This document shows, piece after piece, positions 1 through 11,934 of a stretch of DNA of 64,000 nt. Position numbers and translations under genes: made by a program. The stretch lies in sequence record MZ501052; one strand, given 5' to 3'. The stretch's first letter is position 1. The number at the start of each line of letters is the position of its first letter. This DNA is from Escherichia phage AugustSocin. The notes under the pieces are model-generated. The model searched no databases. It had not been told where the DNA came from and saw only the letters and a list, made by a program, of their open reading frames with translations.

Positions 1-894
1 TAAACGAAATGCTGGAAGACCATATATTTCTACTAATGGAACATAGTCCCAGACCTGAAACTTCATGCATTGTGCTTCTTTTTCAGAAATGGTTCCCTTT
101 AAAGATTTATTAGCGATTCCATTAGAAGTAGTACGTGATTCAGCTACTTCGGCGAATTCTTTAGCTTTACTAATTTCAGGATAAGCATCAAAAAGAAAAT
201 CTAGGCCTTCTGGTTCCTTTTTAACTTGCTCATGGTATACCAATTCGCCATCAATTAACACACCTTCTGGATGAATCTGGCGAGCTTCTGCAGTCATTTT
301 GATTAACTCTTCCTTGAGAAGATCTAATCCTAGATATTCATTACCAGCTCGTGATAAAAGACGAACATCATCTAATTCATCACCTCTGACTTCAGCAAAA
401 CAGCGAGCTCCATCAGCTTTTAGCTGTGCAAAGGCTGGAAATTTGATATTCTTATTAATGCCTTTTTCGTCATAAGAACTTGCTAGCATTTGAGGTTGTT
501 CAGGAATTAAACCTGGCCAAACTTTGTTTGCAATAGATACTGATGCACCGCATTCAAGGTCTCGCATCATCACCCGACGCAAAACTTCAACATCATCTTT
601 TTTACCGTCAGTAATATATCCAGTTAATTCCTCAATTGCCGCATTTCCAGTCAATTTCCGAGTAGCTAACGTGAATTCAATGAAGTCAAGCATATCGGTA
701 AGAGTCAACATTCCAAAACTCTGGGTAGTAATACCCGGTTTAGGCCATTTCTTGATATAATACTGTAACCCACGAGAATAAGTCAGACGATATACTCGTT
801 TAAGCAATTCATTATCTTTATTCTTTTCAAGAATTGCTTGCTTCTGCTTAGTTGAACCAATAGATGCTATTTCGTTCAGAATTTTAAGAATCAT
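1..894 (-). CDS. 30: DNA ligase gp30, N-terminal ~297 codons; gene continues beyond window start
   Basis: Reverse translation from ATG at ~894 gives MILKILNEIASIGSTKQKQAILEKNKDNELLKRVYRLTY... with adenylation motif KADGAR; frame open to position 1. Confidence 0.95.
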   Translation of the reverse strand, partial: MILKILNEIASIGSTKQKQAILEKNKDNELLKRVYRLTYSRGLQYYIKKWPKPGITTQSFGMLTLTDMLDFIEFTLATRKLTGNAAIEELTGYITDGKKDDVEVLRRVMMRDLECGASVSIANKVWPGLIPEQPQMLASSYDEKGINKNIKFPAFAQLKADGARCFAEVRGDELDDVRLLSRAGNEYLGLDLLKEELIKMTAEARQIHPEGVLIDGELVYHEQVKKEPEGLDFLFDAYPEISKAKEFAEVAESRTTSNGIANKSLKGTISEKEAQCMKFQVWDYVPLVEIYGLPAFRL

Positions 895-1160
895 TGTTCA
901 TCCTTTAGAGTTTGGTTTACAGCTCTATTATAAATCAATTCATCATTAAGCTCAGTCAAAGACCTGTGATACGTGGTTCTAACTTTATTTCCTTGCATCC
1001 AGTGCTTGACATAAATGAAACCTTGCTCTACACATTTTTTAAAAATTCGTTCGTCTTTTTGAGCTCGGAATTCTGGATTGCATCTAAAAAATTGATTTAC
1101 GTGACCGTAATCACGTGTAGTATTACCTTCATTTTCATAAATAGTGTGAACGACAAACAT
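891..1160 (-). CDS. hypothetical protein (T4 30.1 position)
   Basis: 89-aa ORF; stop overlaps gene 30 start (ATGA), start overlaps upstream ORF. Confidence 0.6.
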   Translation of the reverse strand: MFVVHTIYENEGNTTRDYGHVNQFFRCNPEFRAQKDERIFKKCVEQGFIYVKHWMQGNKVRTTYHRSLTELNDELIYNRAVNQTLKDEQ

Positions 1161-1996
1161 TAGAATGCTCCTTGGAAAATATTATCACCACTAGTAGGTC
1201 TATTATACAAATACTCTATGCCACCGGGTTTAATATAGTTCCATGTCTGAAACGGATGCGTCTGATATGGATGATATAGATTATAAGGATTAAATCCAGG
1301 AGTTCTCCAGGTAGTGTTCCAAGGAAAAGAATCGTTTTTAATCATCTTTTCAATTACATCTTTTATAGCTTTTTCACTATCAAAACTTTCTTTATTTTCA
1401 TTCGATGGAAAAAGCTTATTCTCTACATCATTCCATGTATAAACTCGCTGTGCAGTTTTTGGAATATTGTCACGCTCTCCTCGAGCCATCCAATAAACAG
1501 GAACATTTAATATTTCACTCGCATGATCGCAGTGGTGAGCGAGATCGTCAATATAACAAATTACGTTATATTTCTCTTTTGCCTTTTTGAACAACTCTTC
1601 TTTTGAAGAATCATGACCACACATCAATACTTCTGAGAAGGCACCAGGAAAAAGAGCATTCAAATTGAATTGACGATTCAGCAGAGCGTCAATAGAATCA
1701 CCCAGTGCTGTAACAGCTACAAAATTATAATCTTCTTTTAATTTGTTAATTACACACAGGGCATCTTTATATGGAGACAAATAGCGAATAAAATCTGAAC
1801 GATTATACTTTTCGATTAATTTAACACCAAGTTCTTCATCGCAATTAAAGAGCTTACCAGGAGAAATAAATTTTTCGTCCTGAATCATTTTTAAAATATG
1901 TTCCAACGGAAGATTATATTTTTGGGCAAAATAAGGAAGGCCTGATTGCCAGCTTAAACATACACCATCAATATCAGTCAAAATAGTAGGCTTCAT
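1160..1996 (-). CDS. HAD-like hydrolase family protein (T4 30.2 position)
   Basis: 278-aa ORF; N-terminal LTDIDGV motif typical of HAD phosphatases/nucleotidases. Confidence 0.65.
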   Translation of the reverse strand: MKPTILTDIDGVCLSWQSGLPYFAQKYNLPLEHILKMIQDEKFISPGKLFNCDEELGVKLIEKYNRSDFIRYLSPYKDALCVINKLKEDYNFVAVTALGDSIDALLNRQFNLNALFPGAFSEVLMCGHDSSKEELFKKAKEKYNVICYIDDLAHHCDHASEILNVPVYWMARGERDNIPKTAQRVYTWNDVENKLFPSNENKESFDSEKAIKDVIEKMIKNDSFPWNTTWRTPGFNPYNLYHPYQTHPFQTWNYIKPGGIEYLYNRPTSGDNIFQGAF

Positions 1997-2457
1997 AGAG
2001 AGTCTCTTAATAGGTTTAACACATCAATAAATTCAACTTCGGTTAGTATTGTATCATCTTTTGTTAGACCACTAGCCATGCTATGCTTCAAAATTTTTCC
2101 TTTTGAGGCTTGTAAGGCATCACGAAACCCCTTGTTTTGGATCGCTGCTTCAAAATATGCATTTGTATACAATTCTTTCCACGCTGGGGAGTATCTTGAA
2201 AATGGAACTCCGAGCCAGAAGAGGGTCCCACGGTCCGCAGCTCTTGCATAAGACCTTCCAGCTTGTTGGGCGGCAAGCCCGGATAACCCAAATATACGTC
2301 TTTGCTGCTCAACATTTTTCACCTTGCATCCTTGGAGGAATCCTTCAAGACCTCCGAATTGAATACCATCCATGACGAAAGGCCATTGGGCGAAATTACT
2401 TAATGCGCATGATGGCCATCTAAAATTGCTTCTAATCTCTAACTCAGACATTTTCAA
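1993..2457 (-). CDS. hypothetical protein (T4 30.3 position)
   Basis: 154-aa ORF, 4-nt overlap with neighbours. Confidence 0.6.
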   Translation of the reverse strand: MKMSELEIRSNFRWPSCALSNFAQWPFVMDGIQFGGLEGFLQGCKVKNVEQQRRIFGLSGLAAQQAGRSYARAADRGTLFWLGVPFSRYSPAWKELYTNAYFEAAIQNKGFRDALQASKGKILKHSMASGLTKDDTILTEVEFIDVLNLLRDSL

Positions 2458-2650
2458 TACTTATAATTTCAACATCAGCCCAATGACCATAGCAAGGAAG
2501 ACGAAATTCAACTGGCCAGTTAGGGTCCTTTTCTAATATAATAGACTTAACTTGTGGTTCTTCATGTTCATCAGTATATGGATTTTTATCTGTTACTTTA
2601 TATGTGACCTTAATGTATTGAATTCCAAAAATCTTATTAATTATATTCAT
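2444..2650 (-). CDS. hypothetical protein
   Basis: 68-aa ORF in operon-like tandem array. Confidence 0.5.
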   Translation of the reverse strand: MNIINKIFGIQYIKVTYKVTDKNPYTDEHEEPQVKSIILEKDPNWPVEFRLPCYGHWADVEIISIENV

Positions 2651-2844
2651 ACTAATTCCTTTAATCCGTAAATAGGAGACAATTCATCACCCATACGAAG
2701 GTCTTCATTTCCATCTACCCAGGAAACAATATAAGCCTCTTTTATTTGAACACCACTCCATTTAAATGGAGGTAGAACCTTAGAAATTAATCCAGGTATA
2801 CCAACTCCCTTTAATTCAACAGTTTGACCTAAAAAGAATTTCAT
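2647..2844 (-). CDS. hypothetical protein
   Basis: 65-aa ORF, overlapping stop/start with neighbours. Confidence 0.5.
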   Translation of the reverse strand: MKFFLGQTVELKGVGIPGLISKVLPPFKWSGVQIKEAYIVSWVDGNEDLRMGDELSPIYGLKELV

Positions 2845-3131
2845 TAGAACCTCATCTGAAAACCATGCGATTTAACATTACCGCCGCCAATATCAGAAAT
2901 ATTAATTTCACGCGCAATCGAAGGATCGATGTCAATTTCACGATTAAGTTTAGCGATAGCTAAAGTATCACGCCCATTTACAGTACGGAACTCTAAAGGA
3001 CAAACCACATCAACGTAATTTTTAATCGATTCACTGGTAGGTTGCAAATGAGCAGGAAGGTCTTTGGGCGCCTTTGAGAAAACCACTTCACAGAAATTTT
3101 TACGGGTATCAAAATAAGTAGTCATAAACAT
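2844..3131 (-). CDS. hypothetical protein
   Basis: 95-aa ORF preceded by GAGG ribosome-binding site. Confidence 0.55.
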   Translation of the reverse strand: MFMTTYFDTRKNFCEVVFSKAPKDLPAHLQPTSESIKNYVDVVCPLEFRTVNGRDTLAIAKLNREIDIDPSIAREINISDIGGGNVKSHGFQMRF

Positions 3132-3172
3132 AGTATTTTCCTCAGTAAGGGGCCGAAGCCCCTCATTTTATT

Positions 3173-3550
3173 TTAAATATCAAATTCATTAAGAACTACA
3201 TCAAAGATTGCTTCAAGATGCTCAGGTTTAGCTCTGTTACTCAGAATATGACGAATCCAAGTTTTAACCAAAAGCTTGCGATTATCACCATTCCAGCAAG
3301 GATGAGTCCCTAAATCGCGTTGACGAAAATCATCATCCAGAGCGATTTTAAAGTTGGAACCTTCCATTGTGATTGAAACCGTGATGCCATTTTCAAATCG
3401 CATATAAACGTAATTAGGAGTCATATACTGTTCAATTTCGCATACTGATCCATTTTGATGTTTCCAAAGGCAAATAGTATCAATAGAACCTGCAATACCA
3501 TTAGAAACATATTTACGTTCAAAGTTGATGTAGTTCATTTTATTCTCCAA
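3173..3550 (-). CDS. hypothetical protein
   Basis: 125-aa ORF downstream of an early promoter-like element. Confidence 0.6.
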   Translation of the reverse strand: MENKMNYINFERKYVSNGIAGSIDTICLWKHQNGSVCEIEQYMTPNYVYMRFENGITVSITMEGSNFKIALDDDFRQRDLGTHPCWNGDNRKLLVKTWIRHILSNRAKPEHLEAIFDVVLNEFDI

Positions 3551-3564
3551 GATGTTTAATTGCG

Positions 3565-3605
3565 GTACAGGTATATAATATCATATCCTGTACCAAAGTA
3601 AACAA
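3565..3605 (-). promoter_or_regulatory. early promoter with hairpin enclosing -10
   Basis: Minus-sense GTTTAC, then GGTACAGG...CCTGTACC inverted repeat around TATTATATAC. Confidence 0.5.
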
Positions 3606-3938
3606 TTATTTTACTACTTTCCAGTGTTGCATGTCAAGTTTACCGACTTTTTTCATCTTCTCAATTAAGCGTTCGGCACGTTGGCGAGCTGTAACATAAT
3701 GCCATTCGCCTAATTCATTTTGTTCAATTTTTCCAACGATTACTGTATTCAATTCATAAATCCAACCAGTAAAGAAATTATGAACTTGAATTGTAAAGGT
3801 GAAATCTGTTCCCATACCTTCTGTTGTTTCTACTTCAATAATATCACCTTCAACTGCCATTAAGAACCACATAGTTTCATCATATTTACCATTGAAGCAT
3901 TTAGTTTTAACTGCAGCGTTCAGATTAATCGTTTTCAT
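3606..3938 (-). CDS. hypothetical protein
   Basis: 110-aa ORF downstream of an early promoter-like element. Confidence 0.6.
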   Translation of the reverse strand: MKTINLNAAVKTKCFNGKYDETMWFLMAVEGDIIEVETTEGMGTDFTFTIQVHNFFTGWIYELNTVIVGKIEQNELGEWHYVTARQRAERLIEKMKKVGKLDMQHWKVVK

Positions 3939-3957
3939 TTTATTCTCCTTTGTTTGT

Positions 3958-3997
3958 GTAAAATAATACTATCACAAAGGAACCATACTGTAAACAA
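3958..3997 (-). promoter_or_regulatory. early promoter-like element
   Basis: Minus-sense GTTTAC, ~18-nt spacer, TAGTATTAT; CCTTTGT/ACAAAGG inverted repeat. Confidence 0.45.
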
Positions 3998-4018
3998 CTT
4001 TGTGCAATCTTTGGAAAA

Positions 4019-4045
4019 TAAAAAAGGACTCCCGAAGGAGTCCTC
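4019..4045 (-). terminator. intrinsic terminator
   Basis: Minus-sense GGACUCC-UUCG-GGAGUCC followed by UUUUU, immediately after the stop of the 4049..4225 ORF. Confidence 0.7.
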
Positions 4046-4048
4046 AAC

Positions 4049-4225
4049 TTATGCTTTCTGCTTACCAAAACGAGAAGCATCATCTCGAAGAACCGCACGT
4101 GCTCGGCGCATGATCTTCTCAACAGTTTGATTGATACGAGAGTTCGACCCACGCTTGTAGCCAGCGCGTTTAGAATCACCAACTTTCTTTTCAACTGCTT
4201 TCTTTGCTTTAACTTGTTTTGCCAT
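4049..4225 (-). CDS. small basic protein (track ORF 4049..4267 trimmed to internal Met MAKQVKAKK)
   Basis: Lys/Arg-rich 58-aa ORF with AAGAGA-type RBS before the internal ATG; followed by a terminator hairpin. Confidence 0.5.
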   Translation of the reverse strand: MAKQVKAKKAVEKKVGDSKRAGYKRGSNSRINQTVEKIMRRARAVLRDDASRFGKQKA

Positions 4226-4470
4226 TATAAATTCTCTTTTAAATGAAAATGCAGGACTTATTGGCATTGCCTGCGCAAGCCCTCAAGGGGAACATAGGTT
4301 TTTGGGTATTTAACGACCAGGATAACCATAAACCCGTCATCATTCACATTCAAGAGGTACACCATAAAACTGCCGGGGTCTTAAAACTATAATGATTCGC
4401 AAATCATTAATCAGACAGTTCGATGGCTCCTCGATTTTAGCTCACACTAAGGCAGTGAATCTCCAATAAA

Positions 4471-4719
4471 TTACTTCAATGTTACCACAAAGTGACGAAC
4501 TGCTTTTCGCGCAGCAGAAGCCAGAGGCTTAGCATACTTAAGTTCATCTTTTTCCTGAAGCTCAGCAGCTAATGCAGTTTGAGCAGGATTCAAATGTTTG
4601 AAATAACGCAGGATTTCAAGAGCTTCGGCTTCAACATCAATAGATGCGCCATAGTTTTCGTGACCATTATTCCATGCGTTTCGTTGCAGTTCAAGAGCGT
4701 GTTGTAATTGTTTAATCAT
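4471..4719 (-). CDS. rIII: lysis-inhibition accessory protein rIII
   Basis: 82-aa ORF immediately downstream of gene 31, matching T4 rIII size and position. Confidence 0.8.
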   Translation of the reverse strand: MIKQLQHALELQRNAWNNGHENYGASIDVEAEALEILRYFKHLNPAQTALAAELQEKDELKYAKPLASAARKAVRHFVVTLK

Positions 4720-4866
4720 TTAAAAATTCTCGTTAGAGATTAAAACTCGGTAGTCACGTTCTTCTGAATTTCATCTTCTTTCGACAGATCTCTCAGTTGT
4801 AGACTACCACGTAGAATTGTTCGGTTAACTTATTATTCCGACACCCAATTCATATTATTATTTATA

Positions 4867-5202
4867 TCACTTATAAAGACACGGAATAGCTTTATAGTGA
4901 CAAGTAACGAATTTTTGTTTAATTTCTTTTGGCTGCTTAAGACCCAGAGCTACAAAAGGATGCGGAACATTTCGAATTTGACCAACTGGAAGAGAAGTCA
5001 AATCACCGACTTCGCAGAAACCTTCAGGAACATCAGGACCAACAGAGTGAACTACACACAGTTCAGGAACTTCACCTTGGACACGTTTACCAATAATAAG
5101 TCCTGATTCTGTAACTTCTTCATCACCGGCTTGCGCAGGTTCAGAAACTAAAATAACATATTCACCGACAGCACGAATTGGTAGCTGTTGTACTTCAGAC
5201 AT
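4867..5202 (-). CDS. 31: co-chaperonin gp31 (GroES-like)
   Basis: 111-aa protein [30 protein letters not shown]..., same length and sequence pattern as T4 gp31. Confidence 0.95.
4869..4876 (-). promoter_or_regulatory. late promoter-like TATAAATA upstream of rIII
   Basis: Minus-sense TATAAATA in the 31-rIII intergenic region. Confidence 0.45.
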
Positions 5203-5227
5203 CGTTTTTCCTTTTTGTTAACAGATG

Positions 5228-5260
5228 AATTAATAATAACAAATAATTCTTAAAGCATTT
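5228..5260 (-). promoter_or_regulatory. middle (MotA-dependent) promoter-like element for gene 31
   Basis: Minus-sense AAATGCTTTAAG (MotA-box-like TGCTTTA) followed ~12 nt later by TATTAT. Confidence 0.45.
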
Positions 5261-5567
5261 ATTTACCAATAAATTGGAGTAAATGCTCAACTTTCATACC
5301 ATTAACAGAAATCAATTTGTCAATAGAAAAACCTCGCCATGCACCGAGTTCAACATCAAATATCGGAATCATATCAGTAGATTCTTTCCGAGTAGATTCA
5401 GTCAATTTACCGGTTTGCATAGTTGGCATAAAGTCAGCATCACGAGTGCCTTTCATAGTACGAATAGTACCATCAGACTTTTCAAAAACCACGTTTGAAA
5501 TACCCATGGACAATTTAGTTTTCAAAATTTCACGAATTGCTACTTTCTGTTCAGTTGTCAATTTCAT
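5259..5567 (-). CDS. hypothetical protein (T4 31.1 position)
   Basis: 102-aa ORF. Confidence 0.6.
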   Translation of the reverse strand: MKLTTEQKVAIREILKTKLSMGISNVVFEKSDGTIRTMKGTRDADFMPTMQTGKLTESTRKESTDMIPIFDVELGAWRGFSIDKLISVNGMKVEHLLQFIGK

Positions 5568-5804
5568 TTATTTACCTATTACAGTTTTAATATGGGTTGT
5601 TCCACGTTCTTTAAGAGTGGAAAGCAATTTTTGGCATTTTTCTAAATCAGATTTCCAACTATACGGTCTATCAATACAAACCCATTCTGACTTATAATAC
5701 TGCTTCCATTTAGAGAAAAAATATTTCTTATACTCTACAGCAAATGAAATGTTCTCGTTAGAATAAGAACTAATTGCTGTGAGCTGTACCAAACGAAATT
5801 TCAT
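5568..5804 (-). CDS. hypothetical protein (T4 31.2 position)
   Basis: 78-aa ORF; start overlaps cd stop. Confidence 0.55.
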   Translation of the reverse strand: MKFRLVQLTAISSYSNENISFAVEYKKYFFSKWKQYYKSEWVCIDRPYSWKSDLEKCQKLLSTLKERGTTHIKTVIGK

Positions 5805-6385
5805 TATTCACCACAGAATTCGTTGATATTTTCCCAATTTAACTTATTTAAGTTTTTCTTAGGAACATTAAACACTTCAATACCCGCATTTCGCAGAATA
5901 TCATCCCAGCCAGGTTTATTTTTATCGTATGTTTCGCAATAAACCAACTTTTTAATTCCAGATTGAGCTATCGCTTTTGCACAATCTGGGCAAGGAGAAA
6001 GTGTTACATACATAGTAGCACCTTCAATTGAAGAACCATTTCGCGCAGCAAACAAAATCGCATTTAGTTCAGCATGAATTTCATTTTTAGACGACCATTC
6101 AGAGTGAGCGCTACGGTGTTCTTTCGCCAAGACAAAGCGATCAGTTGAACCAAATGATACGCATTCAGGCTTATGGCCTTGAATGATAGTGTGTTTAGGC
6201 TTATTCAACAACCAACCTTGCTCAGCAGCATAATCACAACAGTTCACACCTCCTGCGGGTGAACCATTATATCCGGTAGAAATAATACGTCCATTCTTTT
6301 CAATTACTGCTCCTACCTTCCAGGAGCAACATTTTGATTCTTGTGATACTAAATATGCAATTTGAAGTACTGTACTCGCTTTCAT
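5804..6385 (-). CDS. cd: dCMP deaminase
   Basis: 193-aa ORF with zinc-binding HAELNAI and PCPDCA cytidine/dCMP deaminase motifs. Confidence 0.95.
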   Translation of the reverse strand: MKASTVLQIAYLVSQESKCCSWKVGAVIEKNGRIISTGYNGSPAGGVNCCDYAAEQGWLLNKPKHTIIQGHKPECVSFGSTDRFVLAKEHRSAHSEWSSKNEIHAELNAILFAARNGSSIEGATMYVTLSPCPDCAKAIAQSGIKKLVYCETYDKNKPGWDDILRNAGIEVFNVPKKNLNKLNWENINEFCGE

Positions 6386-6720
6386 TTCATAATCACCAGA
6401 TAAGCAGATTTAGCAGTTTCAACACGATAAATTTCGTGACGAAGTTTAGTTATACTTTTAATAACAGAACTAATTATATTCTGCCCATCTTTAAAGCGGT
6501 TTTTCTTATCAATAAAAATTGCGCCAACCATCTTTTTGTGAAGCTCAACTGGATACTTCGTCACAATAATAGCATCATATACAGAAGGATGAATACTATT
6601 TACTAGAGTGTCATTCATTAAAGTTATTCTAATGAACTGTGCTGTTTCAGAGTCAAGCGCTCTATGATCGCCAGTATCATTTTCAAGACAATTATCAATT
6701 ATATCAGTTAAATTCATCAT
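6382..6720 (-). CDS. hypothetical protein (cd.1 position)
   Basis: 112-aa ORF, 4-nt overlaps. Confidence 0.55.
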   Translation of the reverse strand: MMNLTDIIDNCLENDTGDHRALDSETAQFIRITLMNDTLVNSIHPSVYDAIIVTKYPVELHKKMVGAIFIDKKNRFKDGQNIISSVIKSITKLRHEIYRVETAKSAYLVIMK

Positions 6721-6953
6721 AGTACGCCATACACCCTTTGTGCTTCAACTAATCCATCAAAATCCAATTTGAGATGTGTTATTTGATCACCATCACCTGG
6801 ATTCACAATTACTAATACTGAACGAGGAGTTTCGGTAATAACACGAACCGATGTTTCAGGAAATCGTTCAGAAACCTTATTTACCAATTCCTGAGCAAAT
6901 AGTTTAACTTTTTCTTGGAATTCTTTAACAGTAATTGGTTTTTCACTTAGCAT
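6717..6953 (-). CDS. hypothetical protein (cd.2 position)
   Basis: 78-aa ORF. Confidence 0.55.
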   Translation of the reverse strand: MLSEKPITVKEFQEKVKLFAQELVNKVSERFPETSVRVITETPRSVLVIVNPGDGDQITHLKLDFDGLVEAQRVYGVL

Positions 6954-6974
6954 TTCAATTTCCTCATTTGTTTT

Positions 6975-7012
6975 GGTAGAGCTATAATATCACAACTCTA
7001 CCAAAAAGTAAA
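6975..7012 (-). promoter_or_regulatory. early promoter with hairpin enclosing -10
   Basis: Minus-sense GTTTAC; GGTAGAG...CTCTACC inverted repeat around TATTATAG. Confidence 0.5.
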
Positions 7013-7015
7013 CTA

Positions 7016-7297
7016 TTAAATTGCCTTGAATTCTGATGTCTGTGATTCAAAGCGAATATCGCCTTTGATGACTAGCTCAGCATCAAGACCAAATACGACA
7101 ATGATATGCGCGGAACCCGGATACAGCGTAATTGCAATAGAATCCACCTGGTCTGGAAGCAAAGTATTCAATACATGAGTCACTTGAGCATGAATTCGAA
7201 GCTCGGCTGCGTTATCAAGCTTTTCAAACATATTATTAGCGATAATTTGACTAAACACTACTTCTACGATTTTAGAATAAGTCGGAAACATATTCAC
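7016..7297 (-). CDS. hypothetical protein (cd.3 position)
   Basis: 93-aa ORF. Confidence 0.55.
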   Translation of the reverse strand: MNMFPTYSKIVEVVFSQIIANNMFEKLDNAAELRIHAQVTHVLNTLLPDQVDSIAITLYPGSAHIIVVFGLDAELVIKGDIRFESQTSEFKAI

Positions 7298-7486
7298 CTC
7301 ACATAATTTTCTTCAAGCCAATTAATAACATCCAACGCATTATCAAAAGTTGAACCATCTACTATTTCTTCTGTTTCATAATCAAGAATATCTAAGTCTA
7401 CTCTTCCATCAACAATAGGCCATAAACAAAATAGATATTTCTTTTCTTTTTCAATTTTATCACAAAGTTGATAAATCTTTTCTATG

Positions 7487-7494
<8 letters not shown>
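7294..7494 (-). CDS. hypothetical protein (cd.4 position)
   Basis: 66-aa ORF. Confidence 0.5.
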
Positions 7495-8884
<1,390 letters not shown>

Positions 8885-8888
<4 letters not shown>

Positions 8889-9115
8889 TTATTTTTCTCA
8901 ACCAATGATTGAATATAATCATGCAGGTCTTTAGATGCTTTACCCCACTTATTTTGATATTCATTTTTGAGATTAGCGCGTGATTGAGCTAATAAAACAT
9001 CATTAGTTGGAGGTAAAGATTCTAATCGTTGAATCTGTCGTCCATAAATCATTGCAGCCATCTCGGATTCATAAATTAATCCTTTTAGATGTTCAAATTG
9101 ATACCATGAAATCAT
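8885..9115 (-). CDS. hypothetical protein
   Basis: 76-aa ORF. Confidence 0.5.
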
Positions 9116-9411
9116 TTACATTTATCCTCTTTTAGCTCTTGACGATAATAACATATCATAGTTTTCTGGTCATGTACATATCGTTTTACATCATTAAGCC
9201 AAATACGAAATTCCTGAGAATCTTCAAATGGCATACCTACCCAAGCTTTACCATCAATAACTTTAACTTGCCAAGATAGTTTAGCTTCGTCATATGACTT
9301 TATTTGCACAGGCCAATTAGGATGAACTGTTTCTTTCTTTACTTCTAGAGGCTTTGTCGAACAACCAACTAGAAGACCAATAGATAATATTACTACAGAT
9401 AATTTAATCAT
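9112..9411 (-). CDS. outer-membrane spanin subunit (lipoprotein, Rz1-like)
   Basis: 99-aa ORF with lipoprotein signal MIKLSVVILSIGLLVGC (lipobox LVGC); directly downstream of a TM plus coiled-coil ORF. Confidence 0.65.
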   Translation of the reverse strand: MIKLSVVILSIGLLVGCSTKPLEVKKETVHPNWPVQIKSYDEAKLSWQVKVIDGKAWVGMPFEDSQEFRIWLNDVKRYVHDQKTMICYYRQELKEDKCK

Positions 9412-9761
9412 TTAGAAAGGTCCTGGATGTCTTCTGCGAACTTGTTGAAGGAGTTGTTGATTTGTTTTTCAACCAATCCTGGCTTACGAGCCACCACATC
9501 CGCCTTCTTTGCATCTTTGCGCAGTTTTTCATTTTCACGCTCAATAGCAGCAATCGCCTCACGATTTTTATTATTCATCGCATCAATATAATTATACTGA
9601 ATTCGCAAATTATTTAATGCTAAGGCGTTTTCATTGGCCGTTTTTGTAATTTCTACAACAGACGTTTCTAATCTTTCCACCTTATTTTTTAAAATAATAG
9701 ATGTTCCGCCAAATGCTATTACAAGTAATAGCAATCCAGCTGTAAAATTACTTACATGCAT
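9408..9761 (-). CDS. inner-membrane spanin subunit (Rz-like)
   Basis: 117-aa ORF with N-terminal TM helix GLLLLVIAFGGTSIIL followed by charged coiled-coil-like region; 4-nt overlap with lipoprotein ORF. Confidence 0.65.
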   Translation of the reverse strand: MHVSNFTAGLLLLVIAFGGTSIILKNKVERLETSVVEITKTANENALALNNLRIQYNYIDAMNNKNREAIAAIERENEKLRKDAKKADVVARKPGLVEKQINNSFNKFAEDIQDLSK

Positions 9762-10255
9762 AAAGTTTTAATAACCTCTATAATATCGTCTTGAGAAAGA
9801 CCGTTAATTAAAATGTGATGTTCAGCCGGAGATTTAGAAATTTTAAAGCACGCCGCAACATCTTCTGCCATATCCGATGCGCTACGATTTGGATTACTAA
9901 TTCCAAGACGATGCTTTCCTGTCAAAGGATTAACGATGATATAACATTTGCAGCTATTGATATGAACATTAGGTTGAGTCTGATTAATAAACACTTCACA
10001 ATCATACTTAGCGAGTTGATTTTCTAAAAAGACTTTCATCTCCTCAACCGCATCAGGAAGCATATCACGGGCTTGCTCAAGACGACGATTTCGATATTCT
10101 TTAATGGTCGTTTTCCGCTTGACTTGCTTAGCTAAATCTTTCTTAAGATCGGTGATATATCCAACTCGACGATTTCCTTTGAATACAGAAATCCCATCTG
10201 TAGTATCACCGTATGCTTCAACGACCATTTCAGTAGTAATAAGCTGCAAATCCAT
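9752..10255 (-). CDS. alc: Alc, inhibitor of host transcription elongation
   Basis: ~167-aa ORF between the pseT-proximal ORFs and rnlA, as in T4; preceded by early promoter-like element. Confidence 0.8.
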   Translation of the reverse strand: MDLQLITTEMVVEAYGDTTDGISVFKGNRRVGYITDLKKDLAKQVKRKTTIKEYRNRRLEQARDMLPDAVEEMKVFLENQLAKYDCEVFINQTQPNVHINSCKCYIIVNPLTGKHRLGISNPNRSASDMAEDVAACFKISKSPAEHHILINGLSQDDIIEVIKTLCM

Positions 10256-10279
10256 CATAAAGTCCTCATGTTATGTCAG

Positions 10280-10316
10280 TAAGACTACTATAACACAACA
10301 TGAGGGACTTGTAAAC
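10280..10316 (-). promoter_or_regulatory. early promoter-like element upstream of alc
   Basis: Minus-sense GTTTAC, spacer, TTATAGTAGT; CATGTT...AACATG inverted repeat. Confidence 0.45.
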
Positions 10317-10319
10317 AGC

Positions 10320-11907
<1,588 letters not shown>

Positions 11908-11914
11908 AATAAAA

Positions 11915-11928
11915 TGGGCCTTGCGGCC
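11915..11928 (-). other. intercistronic GC hairpin with GCAA tetraloop between nrdB and denA
   Basis: GGGCC-GCAA-GGCCC in the 28-nt gap before denA ATG. Confidence 0.45.
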
Positions 11929-11934
11929 CACTCC

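Noticed and set aside
524-760. Plus-strand 78-aa ORF
   Set aside because: Lies entirely antisense within the gene 30 coding region; no RBS; shadow ORF.
3940-4194. Minus-strand 84-aa ORF overlapping the 4049..4225 ORF
   Set aside because: Alternative frame over the basic-protein ORF and terminator; the other frame has the better start context.
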